From an uncultured Planctomycetaceae bacterium (GTDB lineage Bacteria > Planctomycetota > Planctomycetia > Pirellulales > PALSA-1355), in contig CAWAUV010000005.1 of NCBI GenBank assembly GCA_963785305.1, positions 448,001 to 512,000 on the forward strand: a DNA stretch of 64,000 nt, given 5' to 3'. The notes beneath the pieces are model-generated. The model was not told the origin of the DNA and searched no databases. It worked only from the letters and a program-made list of their open reading frames with translations. A program made the translations under genes and the position numbers. Shown here one piece after another: positions 1-10,120 of this stretch (its first letter is position 1; each line of letters starts with the position of its first letter).

Positions 1-273
1 AATAAGTTGCAAGAAGGCCACCCGAACCTGCTCGATCACTTGATCGATGGCCGGATTCAGTTGATTCTCAACACCCCGAGTGGCAAGGGCGCTCGAACCG
101 ACGAGGGCCGCATCCGCTCGGCCGCCGTGGCGCACGGAGTGCCTTGCATCACCACGATCCAAGCGGCCGAGGCGGCGGTGCTGGCCATGGAAGCGCTGCG
201 CGTGGAGGAAATGACGGTCCAATCGCTGCAAGACCGACTGTTTGGCGCCGTGACCGGAGAACGACGCGGGTAA
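1..273 (+). CDS. carB: Carbamoyl-phosphate synthase large subunit, C-terminal MGS domain (partial, starts before window)
   Basis: GRIQLILNTPSGKGARTDEGRIRSAAVAHGVPCITT matches the CarB MGS-domain C-terminus. Confidence 0.9.
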   Translation, partial: NKLQEGHPNLLDHLIDGRIQLILNTPSGKGARTDEGRIRSAAVAHGVPCITTIQAAEAAVLAMEALRVEEMTVQSLQDRLFGAVTGERRG

Positions 274-497
274 ACGCACCGGCGTTGGCTCGGCTTGCCA
301 AGCCGCGCTCCGCGGCGAACGCGCGACCCCGCAAGATTCTCGCCGCGCTTCGCGGCGCCGGCGCCGGCTCTTGTTTTACGTTGGGGTTCGCCCTACAATC
401 CGGCGCAAGAGAGCGCTCGCGGGCCGATGTAGCTGCGCCCGCGCCGCGTTTCCGCGTGAACCATGACGAATCATTCCCGCCGGTTCAAAATCGCGTC

Positions 498-1448
498 ATG
501 GCTAGCATGACCAAGAAAGTGATTCTCGACGTCGATCCCGGCTGCGACGATGCGCTGGCGATGGCGATTGCGCTATTCGACCCGGCGATCGAGGTGGTGG
601 CGGTGACTGCGGTCGGCGGCAATGTGCTGCCCGACCAAGCCACGCGAAATGCGCAGGCGGTCATCGAGCAACTCGATCCGCCGCGCTGGCCGCGGTTGGG
701 CGTGGCCTCGCTGCCCGAAGACGGCTTGCCGGCCAATCTCACGAATCTTTACGGTTCCGATGGGCTCGGCAATTCGCAGTTCGCAGTCGCCGAGTTGGCC
801 CATCGCCACGCCTCGGAAAAAGTCATCACCGACGAGGTGCGAACCGCGCCCGACGAAATCACGATCATCGCCCTGGGCCCGCTCACGAATCTGGCCCGGG
901 CGATTCAGCGCGAACCGACCGCGCCGATCGGTCAGATCGTCATGGCGGGCGGCTCCTTGCACGCCGCCGGCAACATCACCCCGGCGGCCGAGTTCAATAT
1001 TTATTGCGATCCGAGTTCGGCCCGAGCCGTGTTTCGCTCGCCGATCACGAAGACGCTCGTTCCGCTTGAAGTGAGCAGCCAAATCACGCTCAGCTACGAC
1101 TTTCTCAACACGCTGCCCAACGAGCATTCGCGGGCCGGCCGATTTTTGCGGCGCGTGCTCCCCTTCACCTTTCGAGCATATCGACAAACGATCGGCCTCG
1201 AAGGCATCTTTGTCCATGACACGGTCGCGCTCATCGCCGCGCTGCATCCCGAGCTATTCGAGGTGGAGATGATGGCGGGCGATGTGGAACTTGCGGGCGA
1301 GCTCACCACCGGCGCCACGGTGTTCGACCGGCGCCGCGATCGGCAGTGGCGGCCGAACATGGGCGTGGCCATGAGCCTCGACGTCGCGGCGGTGACCGAC
1401 TGCATTTTGCGCGGCATTCAAGCCGCCGAAGCCGCCTCGCGCGACTAA
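498..1448 (+). CDS. Inosine/uridine-preferring nucleoside hydrolase
   Basis: KKVILDVDPGCDDALA, LGPLTNLA, AAEFNIYCDP and HD motifs; start at ATG 498 or 507. Confidence 0.92.
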   Translation: MASMTKKVILDVDPGCDDALAMAIALFDPAIEVVAVTAVGGNVLPDQATRNAQAVIEQLDPPRWPRLGVASLPEDGLPANLTNLYGSDGLGNSQFAVAELAHRHASEKVITDEVRTAPDEITIIALGPLTNLARAIQREPTAPIGQIVMAGGSLHAAGNITPAAEFNIYCDPSSARAVFRSPITKTLVPLEVSSQITLSYDFLNTLPNEHSRAGRFLRRVLPFTFRAYRQTIGLEGIFVHDTVALIAALHPELFEVEMMAGDVELAGELTTGATVFDRRRDRQWRPNMGVAMSLDVAAVTDCILRGIQAAEAASRD

Positions 1449-1509
1449 GGCCTGGACCAGAAATAGCTTCTACAAGGAACCTTTCCCTTCGGCGGAGGGC
1501 AGGTTTTGG

Positions 1510-1658
1510 CGGCCTGTTGAAATATTCAACAGGCCGAGCCTCCGCGGGGACGCGGTGTCAAAATAACGACCCAGGTCGTTATTTTGCGAGCCGCGGCAAG
1601 CTTTGCTCGGCGCTTGGCGAGGTTGGAGAATGCCACGAGGGCATTTTTCAACAGGCTG
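1510..1658 (+). mobile_element. 149-bp MITE-like element, copy 1
   Basis: TIRs CGGCCTGTTGAAA / TTTCAACAGGCTG, perfect 4-bp flanking duplication TTGG; same-length homologs at 40162-40310 and 59971-60119. Confidence 0.85.
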
Positions 1659-1923
1659 TTGGGGGTCGAGGAACCAGGAAGCCGTTTCCGGTCGTTGTTC
1701 ATAGAGTGCCGATCCGGGGATATACGCGCGAATCACGCAGGCTCGGGGGCACGGGTGGCGAATGGCATGCCGATCCCATCGCTTCGCGGTGTCGCTAGGA
1801 CGCCCGCGGTCGCGCCCTCGGAAGTCGCGACAATTCGTTCGGCGGCGCTGGTTCCGTCTCATGGTGTGTCGTTGATTGAAATTAACAAGACAAACACGTC
1901 AAATTCCAGGCGGGAGATCGAAG

Positions 1924-2754
1924 ATGAATTATTCGCAAAAGTTCAGAGTCGCGCCGGGGGTAAAGGTCAAACTCAAGGATATTGATCCGGACTACAAGGC
2001 CAGCCACAAAAACCATAAGGAAGCCGCCAAGGAAACCGCGCAATACCAGCAGCGGCTTCGAGAACTGCAAGACTTGCTCCATGCCGAGCGACGGCATTCC
2101 GTGTTGATCATTCTGCAGGGTCTGGATACGGCCGGTAAAGATGGAACGATCAATCACGTCTTGGGAGCGATGAATCCCCAGGGCTGCCGGGTGGCGTCGT
2201 TCCGCGAACCATCGGCCAAGGAGCTGGCCCACGACTTCCTGTGGCGGGCGCATCGGGTCGCCCCGGCCAGGGGCGAGGTCGTGATTTTTAACCGCTCGCA
2301 CTACGAGGACGTGCTGATCGTGCGAGTCCACAAAATGGTACCCGAGGATATTTGGACGCTCCGATACGACCAGATCAATGCATTCGAGAAGGGCCTCGTT
2401 GAACACGATACCCACATTCTCAAGTTCTACTTGCACATCTCCAAGGAAGAACAACTCAAGCGGTTCAAGAGTCGGCTCGACGATCCGACCAAGCAATGGA
2501 AGATCAGCGAGTCCGACTACAAGGAGCGATTGTTTTGGGATGACTACATTTCGGCCTTCGAAGACGCTTTGTCGCGCTGTCGCACGCGGGGCGCGCCATG
2601 GTTCATCATTCCGGCCAACCACAAGTGGTTCCGCAATCTCGCCATCGCCCAGATCGTCGTCGAATGCTTGGAATCGCTGCACATGAAATACCCCGAGCCC
2701 ACGGTGGACATCGAACACATTCGCGGCGAATATCATCGGGCAGAGAAGAAATAG
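1924..2754 (+). CDS. ppk2: Polyphosphate kinase 2 family protein
   Basis: LQGLDTAGKDGTI Walker A, HDFLWR, FNRSHYEDVL, PWFIIPANHKWFRN. Confidence 0.95.
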   Translation: MNYSQKFRVAPGVKVKLKDIDPDYKASHKNHKEAAKETAQYQQRLRELQDLLHAERRHSVLIILQGLDTAGKDGTINHVLGAMNPQGCRVASFREPSAKELAHDFLWRAHRVAPARGEVVIFNRSHYEDVLIVRVHKMVPEDIWTLRYDQINAFEKGLVEHDTHILKFYLHISKEEQLKRFKSRLDDPTKQWKISESDYKERLFWDDYISAFEDALSRCRTRGAPWFIIPANHKWFRNLAIAQIVVECLESLHMKYPEPTVDIEHIRGEYHRAEKK

Positions 2755-2803
2755 CCGAGATTCCGGAGGCGGCGACCCGTCGGACGGTCCTGGAGAACGA
2801 GAA

Positions 2804-5276
2804 ATGGCCGAATCAAAGGATCTAGCTCAACTGCCTCTGGCCGAGTTGACCAAGCAACTCGAATCGTCGACGGAAGGCCTCACGGCCGACGCCGCGCTGC
2901 CCCGGCTATCTCGCTACGGGTACAACGAACTGCCCGAGAAGCCGGTTAACCCCCTGCTGAAGTTCCTGTCGTATTTCTGGGGGCCGATCCCGTGGATGAT
3001 CGAAGTGGCCGTGGTGCTATCGGCATTGGTAGGCCACTGGGCCGATTTCGGCATCATTCTGACCTTGCTCGTTTTTAACGCGGTCGTCGGCTTTTGGGAG
3101 GAATATCAGGCGGGCAATGCCATCGCCGCGCTCAAGGCGAAACTTGCGCTGACCGCCAAGGTCAAGCGCGACGGCAAATGGGCGAGTATCCCCGCTCGGG
3201 AACTCGTGCCCGGCGACGTAATCCGTGTTCGGCTGGGCGACATCGTGCCGGCCGACGCGAAGTTATTGACGGGCGACCCGCTCGAGGTGGACCAATCGGC
3301 GTTGACCGGCGAATCGTTGCCCGCCGAGCGAAAGAGCGGCGATGCGCTGTATTCGGGATCGATTGTGCGCCAGGGCGAAACCGAAGCGATGGTTTATGCG
3401 ACCGGCGCCAACACCTACTTCGGAAAGACCGCGCAACTGGTGCAGGAGGCTCACACCGTGAGCCATTTTCAGCGCGGTGCTGCAAATCGGCGATTACTTG
3501 ATCGTTCTCGCGGTGGCCCTGGTGGTGTTGATCTTGCTCGTCGCGCTATTTCGTGGCGACCGAATGCTCACGACCCTGGAGTTCGCCTTGGTTTTGCTCG
3601 TGGCCGCCATCCCCGTGGCCATGCCCACCGTGTTGTCGGTGACGATGGCGGTCGGCGCGCGTCGCCTGGCGAGGAGCGAAGCGATCGTTACTCGGCTGTC
3701 GGCGATCGAGGAGCTCGCCGGAGTCGACATACTGTGCTCGGACAAGACCGGCACGTTGACCCAGAACAAGCTAACCCTGGGCGATCCGTTCCGCGTCGAT
3801 GGCGTCGCCGCGGATCAGGTGATCCTTTGCGCCGCGCTGGCGTCTCGCGCGGAGGACAACGACACCATCGATCTGGCCGTAATCGCCGGCCTGAAAGACG
3901 CTCGGGTTTTGAAGGACTACCAAGTCGTCCATTTCAAGCCGTTCGATCCCGTGCATAAGCGCACGGAAGCCACGGTCCAAGCCGCCGACGGAAAACAGTT
4001 CGGAGTGTCCAAAGGCGCTCCTCAAGTCATCTTGGAAATGTCGGCCAACGCCACGGAGGTAAAGCCCGCCGTCGAAAAAGCAATCAACGACTTCGCGGCG
4101 CGCGGCTTCCGTTCCTTGGGTGTCGCGCGGATGGATGAGGAAGGCAAGTGGCGCTGTATCGGCGTGTTGCCGCTATTCGACCCGCCGCGCGAGCAGGCGA
4201 AAGCAACCATTGCCAGCGCTCGACAAATCGGCGTCAGCGTCAAGATGGTGACGGGCGATCAAATAGCCATCGCTCGGGAAACCGCTCGGCAACTGGGGCT
4301 GGGCGCCAACATCTTCGACGCCAGCGGTCTCGGCGACACGAAGCATCATGAATCCGAGCAGTCGGCCGAGGCGATCGAAAAAGCCGATGGCTTCGCGCAG
4401 GTGTTTCCCGAACATAAGTTCCACATCGTGGATGTGTTGCAGCGGCGTGGCCATATCGTTGGAATGACCGGCGACGGGGTCAATGACGCGCCGGCGCTCA
4501 AGAAGGCCGATTGCGGAATCGCCGTTTCCGGCGCGACGGACGCGGCCCGCGCGGCGGCGGATATCGTGCTGATGACGTCTGGCTTGTCGGTGATTATCGA
4601 CGCGATCCGAGAGAGCCGGAAGATTTTTCAGCGAATGAACAGCTACGCGATTTATCGCATCGCCGAAACGCTGCGCGTGCTCTTTTTCATGACCCTATCG
4701 ATCCTGGTCTTCAATTTCTACCCCGTGACCGCGGTGATGATCGTGATGCTGGCCTTGCTCAACGACGGGGCCATTCTCTCAATTGCCTACGACAATGTTC
4801 GTTACAAGAATCAGCCCGAGTCCTGGAACATGCGCATGGTGCTGGGGGTCGCCACGGTGCTAGGCGTTGTCGGGGTCGTGGCGGCGTTTGGCCTGTTCTA
4901 CTTGGGCGAACGCGTGTTTGGCCTCGACCGCGATCGAATCCAAACCCTGATGTATATGAAGCTCTCCGTGGCCGGACATCTGACGATCTTCCTGACTCGC
5001 ACAAGGGGACCCTTCTGGTCGATACGGCCCGCCAAAATTCTCTGGGTGGCGGTGCTCGGCACGCAAATCATCGCAACGCTGATCGCGGTCTATGGGCTGT
5101 TCATGGCGCCGCTCGGCTGGGGTTGGGCCCTGTTTGTTTGGGGCTATGCCTTGGCCTGGTTTTTCTTCAACGACCGGCTCAAGCTCGCCGCATATCGATT
5201 TCTTGATTCTCATCCCAGCGGATGGTTGACCAAAAAAAAGGCGGCCCGCCGGAGCAACGACACGCCGCGCTCATGA
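2804..5276 (+). CDS. Plasma-membrane-type proton-efflux P-type ATPase (type IIIA), frameshift near 3475
   Basis: FWGPIPWMIE, DQSALTGESLP, CSDKTGTLT, KPFDPV, MTGDGVNDAPALKKAD, LLNDGAILSIAYD; two ORFs join at HFQR/AVLQIG. Confidence 0.93.
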
Positions 5277-5382
5277 TGAACCCCGGGGACGATCGCATCC
5301 AGCGCCGCCGGTCCGCGCTCCAGGGGCATTGATATCCGCGAATCGCCCTGGGGAAGAAGCGACGAACTCGGGGCGTCGAGAG

Positions 5383-5439
5383 AAAAAAGCGCCGAACCAA
5401 ACCCGGAGCGCCGTCCATGACGCTCCCGTTGGGTTCGGC
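5383..5439 (-). terminator. Rho-independent terminator downstream of mraZ
   Basis: GCCGAACC...GGTTCGGC long stem followed by TTTTTT on the minus strand. Confidence 0.65.
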
Positions 5440-5657
5440 ATCGGCGAGGGCTTCGTCGCTCGTGACAGCGAAGCTCCCGCCATGTTCGCGGCCTCAGCAT
5501 CCATGCACGAGACCCGCGCCGTTCACAACCAGTCGGGTGGCCGGTGACTGGATGCGCAAAGCGCGCGTGGCGAACATTTGGGACGGACAACTACCCCCCC
5601 TGGAAAACGAACAATCAACCCATCCACCAGCGCGGTCGATCCACGCTCGGCCGGCAA

Positions 5658-6097
5658 TCAGTTTTTGAAAGCCGATTCGGCGAGCTCGTCGAAATGACTC
5701 TGTTTTTGAGAGACATACGACTCCCACGCCGTTTTGTCCCATAGCTCCAAGTGATCGCTGACACCGACGAGCACCACGTCTTTCGTGAGCTGCGCCAAGC
5801 AGCCAGCTCATTCGGCACTCGCACCCGACCCTGCGCATCCAATTCCAAGGCGTGTACTTTTGCGTAGAACAATCGTCCGAAGTCCCGGACGTCTTTTTCG
5901 GCGGGAGAGGCTTTGCCGAGCCGCTCGGTGAGCGAGCGAAAGGCGGCTTCCGAGTAAAGGGCCAGTGACCGGTCCGTTCCCGGCGCCAGGTAAACCGGAC
6001 ACTCGCTCGAGCCGCCCAGAGATGCCCGGAATTGCTTGGGAATGGCGACACGGAGTTTGTCATCCAAGTTTCTCGCAAATGTGCCGGTCAGGAGCAT
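5658..6097 (-). CDS. mraZ: Transcriptional regulator MraZ, frameshift near 5793
   Basis: MLLTGTFARNLDDKLRVAIPKQFR, ELDAQGRVRVP; the shifted frame gives VVLVGVSDHLELWDKTAW..AFKN*. Confidence 0.9.
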
Positions 6098-6103
6098 CGA
6101 CTC

Positions 6104-6138
6104 ACCACTGTGCCCCACTCATCCCCACTGGGTCCCAA
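6104..6138 (-). promoter_or_regulatory. MraZ binding boxes (GTGGG-N5 repeats)
   Basis: Minus strand TTGGG-ACCCA-GTGGG-GATGA-GTGGG-GCACA-GTGGT, 10-bp period, directly upstream of the mraZ start. Confidence 0.85.
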
Positions 6139-6271
6139 ATGTATAACTTCTGGCCCCAAGCATCGTCAAGCGCGGCTTCCCGCACTGGTGGATTCCACGA
6201 TCGACGCCCAGTTCCGAATCGCTTGCGGAGCAACCAGTTCGGTCGCCGAAAAAGTTAGCAAAAAACTTTTT

Positions 6272-7525
6272 CTACCGCCGGCGATCGCCGTGCTCGACAT
6301 GCGTGCGATAGGCCTCCGCATAGCGCTCGACCATCGCTCGAAGCGAAAAATGGATCGCCACGCGAGCCTGGTTTGAAACTCCGATCTCTCGTGCCAGCAA
6401 TGGGTTGCGACACAAGAGCACAATGCGGCCGGCGGCTTCGACCCAGCATTGTGGGGCGACCACCTGCACGCTGCTTCCCGGCCCGAGTAGCTCGGCCACG
6501 CCTTCGACGCCGGTCGCCACCACCGGCTTGCCGCAGGCCATCGCCTCGAGCAGCACATTGGACATGCCCTCGTAGCGAGAGAGGGAAACGATCACCTCGG
6601 CCGAGGCCATGAGCGGCGCGATGTCGGCCTGCCAGGGAACGAACCGGATGCGAGATCCAAAGCCGCCGCGCCGCGCTAGGGCCTCGAGCGAAGGCCCTTG
6701 ATCGCCGCGCCCCACGACGACGAGCTCGTGCTCCGGCAACGCCGAAAGAAACGCGGGCGCTAGTCGCACAAGCCGGTCGATGCCTTTCTGCGGCGCGAGT
6801 CGCCCCACGCAAAGAATCTGGCGGCGCGTCGCTGGCCCGGCGAGCAAACGCCGCGACGCGCTATTGGCGGGGTCCCGCGCCGCCGCCGCGGCGAGTCGAA
6901 ACCGCTCGAAGTCGACGCCATTGGGCACAACGCACAGCTTTGCTGGCGAGAGCCCGATGACGTTGGCCGAAAAGTCAGCCACCGATTGGCTCACGCACAA
7001 GTGACGCGCGATCCAGGGATCGACCGCCGCCAAGGCGGTCCAGCGGAGCGGCCTTCGATGTTCGGCCACGCGTAGCCCGGCGAGCGTGGGCCCGACTCCC
7101 GCCCGGTGGGCCGCCACGGCGCCGAGCACATTGGAATGATGCAAAAAGGTGTGGATCACCCGCGGCCGATGCTCCGCGAACCAACGCGTGAGCCGCGACA
7201 GCGCGGCGGGCGCGTCGCGCAGAGCGCGGGCATTGAGAAAAAACATTGGCACGCCGGCGGCTTCGAGCCGGGCATGGAGCGGGCCGCGATCCCGCGCGAC
7301 GCGATTGTGACTCGCGCGTCCAGGGTCATTTCGTTTGGGCAATGGGGCGTCGCCGGGTGGCGGCGCGAGCGAAATCACGCGTGGGGAAAACTCGCGGCGG
7401 TCGAGCCGGGTGGCGATCTCGACCAAGCAGCGCTCCGCCCCGCCGACTTCGAGGCTCGTAATGCAAAGCGCCAGCGATAGTGGCCGGGAGCCTGGGCAAT
7501 GCGAGTCGGGCGTTTTGCGTTTCAC
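6272..7525 (-). CDS. Glycosyltransferase family 4 (start uncertain, abuts IS)
   Basis: GGAER, VPNGVD, VGRLAPQKG, SRYEGMSNVLLEAMACGKPVVAT. Confidence 0.9.
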   Translation of the reverse strand: MKRKTPDSHCPGSRPLSLALCITSLEVGGAERCLVEIATRLDRREFSPRVISLAPPPGDAPLPKRNDPGRASHNRVARDRGPLHARLEAAGVPMFFLNARALRDAPAALSRLTRWFAEHRPRVIHTFLHHSNVLGAVAAHRAGVGPTLAGLRVAEHRRPLRWTALAAVDPWIARHLCVSQSVADFSANVIGLSPAKLCVVPNGVDFERFRLAAAAARDPANSASRRLLAGPATRRQILCVGRLAPQKGIDRLVRLAPAFLSALPEHELVVVGRGDQGPSLEALARRGGFGSRIRFVPWQADIAPLMASAEVIVSLSRYEGMSNVLLEAMACGKPVVATGVEGVAELLGPGSSVQVVAPQCWVEAAGRIVLLCRNPLLAREIGVSNQARVAIHFSLRAMVERYAEAYRTHVEHGDRRR

Positions 7526-7538
7526 GATTTCAACTGAC

Positions 7539-8971
7539 TTCGACTTTTGCATTTTATGCGGCCATTGCCACGGCGTTTTCCAGGAGTCGTTGGATTTTTC
7601 GCGACCCTGGCCCCTGAAAGCGCCAACGTTAAAACCTGTTGGCGCACGCTAAGCCGTCGGAGCGTGCCGAGCATGTCGGCGAATGACGGTTGCGTCTTCG
7701 ACGCGTGCCAAGGGTGGAGCATCGGACGCCAATTGCGATGACCCTCGCGGGCAAACCACAACACGATCAGGCTGTACAACAACATGGCCATCGGAGCCGT
7801 CCGCTCGACCGCGCGATGTGTCCAGCCTTGCGGTTGTTCAAATCCCAAGTATTGCTTACTGTCGTGGTTCGTGACTTCGATGCTCCAGCGCATCGCGTAC
7901 CAAGCGATCACTTGTTCGGCGGTTGCTTCGGAGCGAGTGGAATAGAATGCCTCTTGCCCGCGGCCGCCTTCGAGGGCGGGTGCCGCCACCACGCGAACCG
8001 GCCGTTGGGGAGCGGCATGCATGTGGGCCACTTGCTCCGTCAAGCGGGCTGTTTCGCGCCGCCCGTAGATATTCAGGGTCGCGCGACGACAGCGTCCCTT
8101 GAGCATTGCCCCCGGCGTGGGAAGTCGTTGGCCGAACTTCCGCGGTCGGCCATTGGTTCTCGCTTCGCGCCCCGGCGGCGGCCCGTACAAGCGAGCGTCC
8201 TTTACGAGTCGGCTGGTCAAATCGCAATTCGTCGGCAAGAAGCAGAGCAAGCTCCGACCGCCATAGGCGCTGTCGGCGACGACGTGAAAACGGCGGCTTT
8301 TGTGGTGGTTGCACAACACGTCGAGCATCTCGACCGCCAATTCCGGCCGGGTGCGATATGGGCGCCGATGCTTGGCGGCGCTCTTCTTGTTCAAGTGCAG
8401 GCGAAACAAGATCGGCAGGCAATAATAATGTCCCTTGCGAAACGGCAATTCGACAATCACGCCCAGCACGACCCAACTATGCCCCCAGTTGGTAATCACC
8501 TTGCCACGGCTGGAGAGCAAAGGGTCGTGGTGCATGCCGGCGCCGAACATCGTCAATCCGCGCTTGCGAGCCAGCGTGTCGTCGAGTCCCAGCAAGACGG
8601 CGTCTCCCAAAAACGGCTGGATCAATTCGAACATGGCCAGCCCGAGCGAGTCGCGCGACCAACGGGCCGCGCTGAACAAACGGTGATACGACGAGAAGTG
8701 CTTACTCGCCGTGTCGCCAGCCGCGACGATCATGCACGTGACCGTGCGGCGACTGGCGAAGACCCAGCCGGTCAGAACCGTCGTCATACTCGCGAAAGTC
8801 GGCGCCGTCATTGTGGCGGACAGCCCTTGCAAAAGCGCCATGAAGCCGGGTACAAGTTCCATTGTGAGCCTCCTTGCTCGATGCCTGAGAGTGAAGTCCC
8901 AAGCATTGTCGCGGAGGCTCACGCTATTTACGAAGACCAGTTTGAGCACCCTTAAAAGTGCAAAAGTCGAA
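7539..8971 (-). mobile_element. IS701-family insertion sequence
   Basis: TIRs TTCGACTTTTGCA (7539-7551) / TGCAAAAGTCGAA (8959-8971) around a DDE transposase; no target duplication visible. Confidence 0.85.
7554..8862 (-). CDS. IS701-family DDE transposase (probable frameshift near 7612)
   Basis: LGLDDT, VVADSAYG, YAMRWSIEVTNHDSKQYLG; GGAGG RBS; corrected end LENAVAMAA*. Confidence 0.88.
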
Positions 8972-9199
8972 TTAAAATGTGCGGCATCAGCGATTCGTTA
9001 CCTTTTATGACGTCGATCGGGAGCATCATCCGTCGATTCGCCAGCCGGCGATTTGCGAGCGAGTTTTGCCGTAGCAAAACTGCATTCGGTTAAGCGATGC
9101 CATGCCTTCGGCACTGCCGGCGCGGCTTGATCTTTGACAATCCGATTAGCCACGCGTCCGAGCGGCCCTCGGCGCGCGGCGTGGGCGCGGATGACGTCG

Positions 9200-9530
9200 A
9201 CGCCCGCGGCGGGCGGAACTACGACCGGATTTATCGCGTGGAGTCGGTCACCGGCCCGCTGGGCAAGACGCTCGGCTATGCGTACGACGCGGCCGATCGC
9301 CGCCAGACGATGCGGAATCCGGACAACGGCCTGTTCAGCTACACGCGCGACGCGGTGGGCAATATCACGCTGCTGGTCAATCCGCTGGGCGAAGCGGCGA
9401 CGACGACGTTCGATCCGCTCAATCAGCCGCTGGTCAAGACGCTCGGTAACGGCGCGGTGGCCGGCAACGTCTACGATCAGGCCAATCGGCTCGTCGTGCT
9501 CGAAAACCTCACCAGCGCCGGGGCGGCCAA
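9200..9530 (+). pseudogene. RHS/YD-repeat fragment
   Basis: YDRIYRVESVTGPLGKTLGYAYDAADRRQTMRNPDNG..TRDAVGN..YDQANRL; no proper start or RHS core end. Confidence 0.75.
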
Positions 9531-10120
9531 TGTTTTGAGGCACGGCTTCAGAATGGTGGCGGGCGCCGTTTTTGGAAAGCTGGGCAAGTCAGGTAATCCT
9601 GGTCTGGAAACTGATCTCGACTTCAGGGGGCCATTCGCGTTACCAAGAGGTCGCCCGCCGAGAGTACGCCCGCCTTGTAGCACTGATCCGAAAACCGTTC
9701 AAGGAAGGCGGGACACGCACATTTTGCACAATGGGCATCGCAAAATGAGCAAAGTCCCCACCGGTATTCGGAGAGTATCTCATCGCCGAAATATCCTCGC
9801 CGGGGAGCTTGCGGCGGCGTTTGTTTTGAATCGCGGGAAAACTTGCTAGCAAAATGCTTGCAGTTTCCGCACAGGGTTGAATAATTACGATGACACACCC
9901 CTTCCGCCGCTCTTTGATATTCGTCCCGCGCCGGGCCTCGGCGCGAATCTGCTTGGCCCGTGCGTCGGGCGACGCGTTTCGACAAATTTCAGGCTTCGCT
10001 CGAGTGGGAGCGTTCGGTCGCGCGTCGCGCGTTTTGTTTGCATCGCGCGGCGCGCGTGAAGCGGTAATTCGGTTCGATTGCGATGCATCGTCGGAAGTTC
10101 CTCGGCTGGAGGCCATTTTC

